Source of the DNA: Candidatus Levyibacteriota bacterium
Lineage (GTDB): Bacteria > Patescibacteriota > Microgenomatia > Levybacterales > UBA12049
DNA length: 64,000 bases
Reading direction: 5' to 3'
Assembly (NCBI GenBank): GCA_052034235.1
Contig: JBPOIT010000008.1
Coordinates: 79,081-143,080, forward strand
Positions 57,691 through 64,000 of the stretch are shown piece by piece (position 1 is the stretch's first letter; each line of letters begins with the position of its first letter). Made by a program: the position numbers and the translations under genes. The notes under the pieces were generated by a model, which worked only from the letters and a program-made list of their open reading frames with translations, ran no database searches and was not told where the DNA came from.

Positions 57691-58829
57691 AACTAGCCAA
57701 GCGAGTTGATCTTATCCCTGAATACATCCATTTCCGCCTCGGGCGAGAACTGAAGGCTGTGGAAGAAAAGACGGGACGCAAGGTCCTGCATTTCGGCATC
57801 GGCAGTCCTGATGTGACTCCAAGTGAAATCTATCTTGAAAAACTAACTGAATTTTTCCACGAACCAAAAGCACACATGTATCCTGGCTATACCGGCATTC
57901 CTGAATTTAAACAAGCACTCGTTTCCTGGTATAAAACACGTTACGGTGCAATGCTTGAAACATCTGAGGTTGATATTGTGCTCGGCGGCAAAGATCTCAT
58001 CAGCCATCTCCCATTTGTCCTTTTTGATGAAGGCGATGAGGTATTGGTTCCAGATCCAGGTTATCCATCATACACAGAACCTGCAATCCTTTTGGGTGCC
58101 AAACCAATTGCCTATGATTTGATTGCCGAAAATGATTTTAAACCAGATTATAAAAATATCACATCAAAAATTTCAAAAAAAACCAAAGCAATCTGGGTAA
58201 ACTTCCCCTCAAACCCAATAGGACAAGTCTTAACCCTTGCAGAGCTTGAAGAGCTCGTGGCATTTGCAAAAGAACAAAATCTGTTTATTTTGTACGATAA
58301 TGCCTATTCAGACCTCACCTTTGACGGATTTGTCGCTCCAAGTATTATGCAAATAGAAGGTGCCAAAGATATCGCAATTGAACTTGGATCATTCTCAAAG
58401 ACATTTTCATTTGCCGGTTATCGTATGGGTTGGATTGCCGGAAACAAAGATGTCGTTTCAGGTCTTACCAAAATTAAATCACAAATGGATTCTGGCATGA
58501 CGCTTCCGCTTCAAAAACTCGGTGCGTATGCGCTCAACAATTTTGATAAAAAATGGCACACAGCAACTGTCCAAAGTTACAAAGACCGACGGGATATCAT
58601 TGCGGAAAAAATCAAAACACTCGGACTGACGTTTGAAATGCCAAAGGGTGGTATGTTTATTTGGGCAAGAATTCCTGACAGTGAAAAAGATTCCGAAACT
58701 TTTGCGATGAATCTTCTTAGAAACAAACAGATTCTCGTCACACCCGGAAGTGCCTTCGGCAAAAACGGCGACCGATACGTAAGGGTCAGTTATTGTTCTG
58801 ATATCACCAAAATCAACGATTACTTCTAA
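57687..58829 (+). CDS. class I/II PLP aminotransferase (probable aromatic/prephenate aminotransferase)
   Basis: SFSKTFSFAGYRMGW PLP-lysine motif, NPxG region; 380 aa; within aro operon. Confidence 0.65.
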   Translation: MKLAKRVDLIPEYIHFRLGRELKAVEEKTGRKVLHFGIGSPDVTPSEIYLEKLTEFFHEPKAHMYPGYTGIPEFKQALVSWYKTRYGAMLETSEVDIVLGGKDLISHLPFVLFDEGDEVLVPDPGYPSYTEPAILLGAKPIAYDLIAENDFKPDYKNITSKISKKTKAIWVNFPSNPIGQVLTLAELEELVAFAKEQNLFILYDNAYSDLTFDGFVAPSIMQIEGAKDIAIELGSFSKTFSFAGYRMGWIAGNKDVVSGLTKIKSQMDSGMTLPLQKLGAYALNNFDKKWHTATVQSYKDRRDIIAEKIKTLGLTFEMPKGGMFIWARIPDSEKDSETFAMNLLRNKQILVTPGSAFGKNGDRYVRVSYCSDITKINDYF

Positions 58830-58830
58830 G

Positions 58831-60147
58831 ATGAAAAAAGTCACCATAATCGGTTACGGCAGGTTTGGAAAAACACTCTTTCGTCTTTTGAAGGATGAGT
58901 TTGAGGTGACTATTTATAAACGTAAAAAAGCTGAGGGTGAAGAAGGACCAATCACCACTGATCTCAAAAAAGCCTACGAAAACGATACCATATTCTTTGC
59001 AGTCCCCATCGAATCATTTGAGTTTGTCCTATCAGAACACAAAGACTATTTCAGACCTGAACAGGTGCTGATTGATGTCCTTTCCGTCAAACTTCACCCC
59101 AAACACATCTTTGAAAAATATTTGAAAGGTTCCAAAACACAAGCACTGCTAACACATCCAATGTTTGGTCCTGACAGTACTACTCAAGGATTTGCAGATT
59201 TGCCAATCGTCATGGATCAGTTCACGTCAGAGAAGAAAACCTATGACTTTTGGAAAAATGTGTTTGCAAAAAAAGGGTTAAGCGTTATCGAAATGTCCGC
59301 AGATGAGCACGACAGGCTCGCAGCTGATTCACAAGGATTAACTCACTTTATCGGAAGATTACTTGATGAAATTGCGATGAAAGAAACCACCATTGATTCG
59401 CTGGGTGCAAAGCGTTTACAAGATGTACGCGAGCAAACATGTCATGATACCTGGGAACTCTTTACCAACCTCCAACATTACAATCCCTACACCAAACCCA
59501 TGAGAATAAAACTCGGGGAGGCATACGATAAACTCTACAACAAACTCATCCCAAAACAACTTCATAAAGAGTACATCACCATCGGCATTCAAGGAGGGAA
59601 GGGAAGCTTTAACGAAGAAGCTATCAATTATTATCTCAAACGAAACGGTATAAAAGAGTACAAAATCGAATATCTCCACACCTCAGACCGTGTCTTTGCG
59701 GAACTGCACGAGGGTTCAATCGACCAGGGTCTTATCGCCATTCACAATTCAATCGGCGGCGCTGTCACCGAAAGCATCCAGTCCATGGCCAAACACAAAT
59801 TCGAAATCGTCGAAGAATTCGCAATCATCATCTCCCACACCCTTATGATACGAAATGATGCGACGCTAAAGGACATCGACACCATCATGACCCATCCCCA
59901 AGTCCTAGCCCAATGCAAAAGCTCACTCGCCCAAAAATACCCACATCTCAAACAAACCAGCGGAGAAGGAGAACTCATAGACCACGCCCTCGTCGCCAAG
60001 TCATTAAGCGAAGGCAAACTCCCAAAAACTACCGCCACCATGGGCAGCCGAGTCCTGGCTGATATTTACGGATTAAAAATAGTAGAAGAAAACCTCCAAG
60101 ACCTCAAAGAAAACTACACAAGCTTCCTGCTTGTAAAAAGAATTTAA
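58831..60147 (+). CDS. bifunctional prephenate dehydrogenase (TyrA) / prephenate dehydratase (PDT) fusion, no ACT domain
   Basis: N-terminal Rossmann VTIIGYGRFGKT and TyrA core; C-terminal ITIGIQGGKGSFNEEA...HNSIGGAV...NYTSFLLV PDT domain ending right after the TRF-like motif. Confidence 0.6.
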   Translation: MKKVTIIGYGRFGKTLFRLLKDEFEVTIYKRKKAEGEEGPITTDLKKAYENDTIFFAVPIESFEFVLSEHKDYFRPEQVLIDVLSVKLHPKHIFEKYLKGSKTQALLTHPMFGPDSTTQGFADLPIVMDQFTSEKKTYDFWKNVFAKKGLSVIEMSADEHDRLAADSQGLTHFIGRLLDEIAMKETTIDSLGAKRLQDVREQTCHDTWELFTNLQHYNPYTKPMRIKLGEAYDKLYNKLIPKQLHKEYITIGIQGGKGSFNEEAINYYLKRNGIKEYKIEYLHTSDRVFAELHEGSIDQGLIAIHNSIGGAVTESIQSMAKHKFEIVEEFAIIISHTLMIRNDATLKDIDTIMTHPQVLAQCKSSLAQKYPHLKQTSGEGELIDHALVAKSLSEGKLPKTTATMGSRVLADIYGLKIVEENLQDLKENYTSFLLVKRI

Positions 60148-60203
60148 CAAGAATTTCACCGATTTTTCCCAATATTTCCAAAAAATGTTATAATAAATTC
60201 TCT

Positions 60204-60497
60204 ATGGAACTTAAAACTATAAAACAATTAGCAAATCCCATTTTAAAAAAATATGGTGTCGTTCGAGCAGCTGTTTTTGGATCTGCAACCAGAAATGAGA
60301 TGAAAAAACAAAGCGATGTGGACATGCTTGTGGAACTACCTCAATCAGTCCATGGATATGATTATGTTGCTCTCAAAGTTGATTTGCAAGAGGAACTTGA
60401 AACTGCACTTGGAAAACGTGTTGATTTAGTCGAATATGATCTTATCAAACCCGAATTAAAACAGTATATTCTTCCTTCACAGGTACAAATACTATAG
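60204..60497 (+). CDS. mntA: MntA-like minimal nucleotidyltransferase (antitoxin of HepT/MntA pair)
   Basis: GSATRNEMKKQSDVDMLVE (GSx9-13DxD NTase motif); 97 aa. Confidence 0.65.
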   Translation: MELKTIKQLANPILKKYGVVRAAVFGSATRNEMKKQSDVDMLVELPQSVHGYDYVALKVDLQEELETALGKRVDLVEYDLIKPELKQYILPSQVQIL

Positions 60498-60498
60498 C

Positions 60499-60843
60499 AT
60501 GAAAAAAGATCCTCTTATTTTTCTTACCGATATTCTGTTTTCAATTAATCTCATTGAGGAATATATCAAGGACTCGAATCTAAAATCATTTGAAGAACAC
60601 TACGGCACACAAGATAAAGTTATGCACCGTCTGGAGATAATTGCAGAATCCGCAAAACGTTTACCAGAAGAAACCCGTCTGAAATATAATTCCATTCCCT
60701 GGAAAAGTATAATCGGTCTAAGAAATATTATTACTCACACCTATGACGAAGTTAATCTTCAAGAAATTTGGGAAATAATAACTAAACACCTTCCAGAAAC
60801 AAAAAAACAAATTGAACAAATAAAAACCGATTTACAAAAATAA
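60499..60843 (+). CDS. hepT: HepT-like (DUF86/HEPN) toxin
   Basis: RNIITHTY (Rx4HxY HEPN motif); 114 aa; 1-nt spacing after mntA. Confidence 0.65.
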   Translation: MKKDPLIFLTDILFSINLIEEYIKDSNLKSFEEHYGTQDKVMHRLEIIAESAKRLPEETRLKYNSIPWKSIIGLRNIITHTYDEVNLQEIWEIITKHLPETKKQIEQIKTDLQK

Positions 60844-60901
60844 ATACTTCTCGTATCTTATATAACAGACGTGGTTGAGGTTGAGGCCGATTCACGTTAT
60901 A

Positions 60902-61960
60902 ATGATCTTTATGAAAGAAAATCTTTTATCTATTAAAAATAATGCAATTTCGCTTGTTATTTCGGCGAAATCTTTGAAGGAACTTGAGGAAATTAAACTG
61001 CAGATACTTGGACGCAGTGGGATTTTGACAACTGCTTTGAAAGAGATGTCCAAGGTACCGGTGGAGCAGAAGCCTGAGGTGGGGAGGGTTGTGAATGAAG
61101 TGAAGACGATTATTGAGGATTCAATCGCCACCAAAGAAAAGGAACTTAAAAAGACCAAGGCGAGTACTCGTAAAATGCTTGATGTCACTGAACCGGGGAA
61201 GAGGCCGGAGCTTGGGAGTTTGCATCTTATTACCCAGGCAATCAGAGAGATTACTGAGATTTTTGAACATATCGGATTCACTCGTGAACGATATCCTGAA
61301 ATTTCGTATGATTGGTATAACTTCACAGCACTCAACTTCCCGGAAAACCATCCAGCTCGGGATGATCTCGAAACCTTTTATATCGCAGGTACACCGCATA
61401 AACAAAAAGGACGCATGATGCTTAACGTTCATACCTCAACTGGCCAAGTCCAGCATATGGAGCGCGTCAAACCGCCATTCAAAATGCTCAATATCGCAAA
61501 AGTGTATAGACGCCAATCAGACGTTTCTCACACACCTGTTTTCCACCAATTCGAAACCCTCGTCGTCGGCGAAAATATTTCGATATCTCACTTAAAAGGT
61601 GTTTTGGATTATTTCGTCAAATCATATTTCGGCGAAACTCGAACAGCACGCATCAGACCATACAATTTCAGATTTACAGAACCATCATTTGAAACCGACG
61701 TTTCATGCGGTGTCTGCAAAGGAACAGGCAAAATCGGAAGTGAAAAATGCAGACTCTGCAAAGAAGGCTGGCTCGAACTCGGAGGCGCCGGCATGGTCCA
61801 TCCAAATGTCCTCAGAGCAGGCGGAATCGATCCAAACAAATACACAGGCTTCGCATCTGGCTGGGGAGTCGAGCGGGTACTTATGATGAAAGAAGGAATT
61901 AAAATCGACGATCTGAGGACACTCTATGCAAACGATTTGGACTTTTTGAAACAATTCTAA
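60902..61960 (+). CDS. pheS: phenylalanyl-tRNA synthetase alpha subunit
   Basis: class II motifs (FPENHPARD, GAGMVHPNVL, GWGVER); start uncertain (TTG 60875, ATG 60902 or 60911; TTGAGG-17-TATAAT promoter at 60875-60903). Confidence 0.85.
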   Translation: MIFMKENLLSIKNNAISLVISAKSLKELEEIKLQILGRSGILTTALKEMSKVPVEQKPEVGRVVNEVKTIIEDSIATKEKELKKTKASTRKMLDVTEPGKRPELGSLHLITQAIREITEIFEHIGFTRERYPEISYDWYNFTALNFPENHPARDDLETFYIAGTPHKQKGRMMLNVHTSTGQVQHMERVKPPFKMLNIAKVYRRQSDVSHTPVFHQFETLVVGENISISHLKGVLDYFVKSYFGETRTARIRPYNFRFTEPSFETDVSCGVCKGTGKIGSEKCRLCKEGWLELGGAGMVHPNVLRAGGIDPNKYTGFASGWGVERVLMMKEGIKIDDLRTLYANDLDFLKQF

Positions 61961-61972
61961 TTAGTAAACTTT

Positions 61973-63931
61973 ATGAATATTAAAATTTTAGACAGCTGGT
62001 TGAGAGAATATCTTAAAACCAGTGCAACACCAAAACAAATAGCTGAAAAACTATCACTTTCAAGTGTGTCAGTTGAACGTATCGAGAAATTCAAAAAAGA
62101 CGACTATGTCTATGACATCGAAGTCACAACCAATCGACCAGAACTCATGTCAGTTATCGGCATCGCACGAGAAGCAGCAACCGTCCTTCCACAATCAGGA
62201 ATCAAAGCTTCATTCACTGAACCCAAACTCACCATGCCCAAAGTGACAATTAAAAATGGTCCCAAAATGACAATCAAAAATGATCCAAAGCTTGTGCATA
62301 GAATTCTCGCAGTCATCATGGAAGTAAACCTCAAAGATTCACCACAATACGTCAAAGACAGACTTGAATCAACAGACATCAGAAGCCTCAACAACGTTAT
62401 CGACGTTACCAATTACATCATGCGCGAAATTGGCCACCCGACACATGTCTTTGATTACGACAGACTCACCAATTACACACTCATCATCAGAGAAGCAAAA
62501 CGTGGAGAAAAAATAAAAACACTTGACGACAAAGTCTATACACTTTCAGGCGGAGACATCGTTGCAGACGACGGAACCGGCCAAATTGTCGATTTGCTTG
62601 GCGTTATGGGCACTGCCAACAGTGTCGTCACCAATGAGACCAAACGCATCCTCTTTTTTATCGACAGTGTTGCACATACAAGAATTCGTAAAACATCAAT
62701 GGAACACGGCATCCGAACAGAAGCCGCAGTTCTTAACGAGAAAAACCTCAATCCAGAATATGCAGCTGACGCATTTGCAGCTGGTGTAAAACTCTTTGAA
62801 AAAATCGCAAACGCTAAAATCGTTTCAAACATCATAGAAATCTATGAAACCAAACCAAAAGCAACCAAAATTTCTGTCACTGAAGAAAAAATTAACAGTG
62901 TCGTCGGAATAACCATCCCTCTCAAAACATCAGTTGAAATCCTGACCAAACTCGGATTTGAAGTCAAACTCAAAGGCACAACGCTTGATGTCATTGTCCC
63001 GCCAAAAAAGAGTGGACTGGACATGCAAATCACCGAAGACATCATCGAAGAAATTGCCCGTGTGTATGGCTACCACAACATCCCAGGCTCACTGCCGCCA
63101 ATCACCAACAAAGAATATGTCCATATCGAGAAAAGTGATCTCTTTTGGGAAGACCGGATCAAAGACAGTCTCAAATATTGGGGCTTCACAGAAGTCTATA
63201 CCTATCCAATGGTTTCAAAAGAGCTTATCACCAGCAAACATGATGAAGCAGTCACCATTCATAATCCCTTAAACGAAGAATTTGTGTTTATGCGCCAAAC
63301 CTTAATTCCAAGCCTTCTTCAGGTAGCTGACAATAATCCTGACCATACAGTCATCAAAATATTTGAAATCGCAAATATTTATGAAAAAACCCGAGAGTTG
63401 CCAAGACAAGCAATGAGACTCTCAGGACTCATCAGAAAACCCAAAAATTCCTTTTATGAAGTTAAAGGTCTTGTCGAACAACTGCTTGATGACTTAGGCA
63501 TTAGAGCGCTTTCATTTACCAATTTGCCAGAAGAGCGAAACGGTGCCACAATTTATATCAGTAAAAAGGAACTTGGCGTTATTGAAATCATTGACGACAC
63601 AACAATTGATTTTGAACTCGATTTATCAGTACTGCTCGCACATGTCCGCCAAAAGCGCACATACACACCGCCAAGCAAATATCCACAACTCATTGAAGAT
63701 ATCGCTGTCATAGCGCCTTCTGATGTCACGACAGGGGATTTACTGGAAGCACTTGCCAAACAAAGTCCACTCATTACAGAAGTAACACTTTTTGATAAAT
63801 ATCAGGAAACCCGAACGTTCCACATCGTCTATCAAAGCATGAGTAAAAATTTAACCAACGAAGACATCAAACCAATCAGAGAGAAGATTTTGAAACTGTT
63901 ACACGAGACATTCCACGCAAAACTGAAATAA
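61973..63931 (+). CDS. pheT: phenylalanyl-tRNA synthetase beta subunit (652 aa, short form)
   Basis: B3/B4 and B5 domain-like regions, conserved C-terminal FDVY-like ferredoxin-fold anticodon-binding domain; follows pheS. Confidence 0.8.
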   Translation: MNIKILDSWLREYLKTSATPKQIAEKLSLSSVSVERIEKFKKDDYVYDIEVTTNRPELMSVIGIAREAATVLPQSGIKASFTEPKLTMPKVTIKNGPKMTIKNDPKLVHRILAVIMEVNLKDSPQYVKDRLESTDIRSLNNVIDVTNYIMREIGHPTHVFDYDRLTNYTLIIREAKRGEKIKTLDDKVYTLSGGDIVADDGTGQIVDLLGVMGTANSVVTNETKRILFFIDSVAHTRIRKTSMEHGIRTEAAVLNEKNLNPEYAADAFAAGVKLFEKIANAKIVSNIIEIYETKPKATKISVTEEKINSVVGITIPLKTSVEILTKLGFEVKLKGTTLDVIVPPKKSGLDMQITEDIIEEIARVYGYHNIPGSLPPITNKEYVHIEKSDLFWEDRIKDSLKYWGFTEVYTYPMVSKELITSKHDEAVTIHNPLNEEFVFMRQTLIPSLLQVADNNPDHTVIKIFEIANIYEKTRELPRQAMRLSGLIRKPKNSFYEVKGLVEQLLDDLGIRALSFTNLPEERNGATIYISKKELGVIEIIDDTTIDFELDLSVLLAHVRQKRTYTPPSKYPQLIEDIAVIAPSDVTTGDLLEALAKQSPLITEVTLFDKYQETRTFHIVYQSMSKNLTNEDIKPIREKILKLLHETFHAKLK

Positions 63932-64000
63932 CTACTTCTTTTTCCTTCGCGATTTTTTCCCTGTATTCTTTTTGTTTTTTCCTGAAGAAACTTTGCGTTT

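Noticed and set aside
1-64000. CRISPR array or cas genes
   Set aside because: No regularly spaced short direct repeats; the only repeat cluster (4008-6288) has irregular long units derived from a tRNA, and no Cas-like proteins are present

Overview
This ~64 kb bacterial window is about 40% GC and is gene-dense, with many short or overlapping gene junctions and several reduced-domain housekeeping proteins. Two conserved blocks dominate it, separated and flanked by accessory DNA.

Block 1 (about 10.5-27.6 kb, all on the minus strand) is one long biosynthetic array: ilvB-ilvN-ilvC-(VOC)-ilvD-(YciI)-ilvE, then a Leu leader attenuator, an FTR1-like permease, leuA-leuC-leuD-leuB, a small DUF1858-like redox protein, and sufC-sufB-sufD-sufS-sufU. 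A BCAA-rich leader-peptide attenuator lies upstream of ilvB.

Block 2 (about 46.9-63.9 kb, plus strand) is thrS-infC-rpmI-rplT, then an aromatic leader peptide (NYFWFYF) with a terminator. An 11-gene aromatic supraoperon follows: pfkB kinase, DAHP synthase, aroB, aroA, aroK, aroE, aroD, aroC, chorismate mutase, an aminotransferase and a tyrA-PDT fusion. After it come a MntA/HepT toxin-antitoxin pair and pheS-pheT.

Accessory content:
- A partial ABC-ATPase protein at the window edge (41-1888).
- A tRNA-Leu(UAG) followed by three cassette-like modules (amidohydrolase + aldo/keto reductase; BrnT/BrnA; a class II Fic protein). Each module is bounded by direct repeats that are decayed copies of the tRNA 3' end.
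- An HD-domain protein divergently paired with an isoprenoid-synthase-like protein.
- A tRNA-Val followed by two HD-family proteins, one Mesh1/SAH-like with HD changed to HN.
- A ~13 kb run of unannotatable ORFs: a LysM membrane protein, a protein with four HTH-like repeats, a CPBP protease, small membrane proteins and an AT-rich gene pair.

Recognisable regulatory features are three leader-peptide attenuators, several intrinsic terminators, a candidate ~105 nt sRNA, and strong sigma70-like promoters, some implying leaderless mRNAs.

All calls are from reading motifs by eye; no searches were run.
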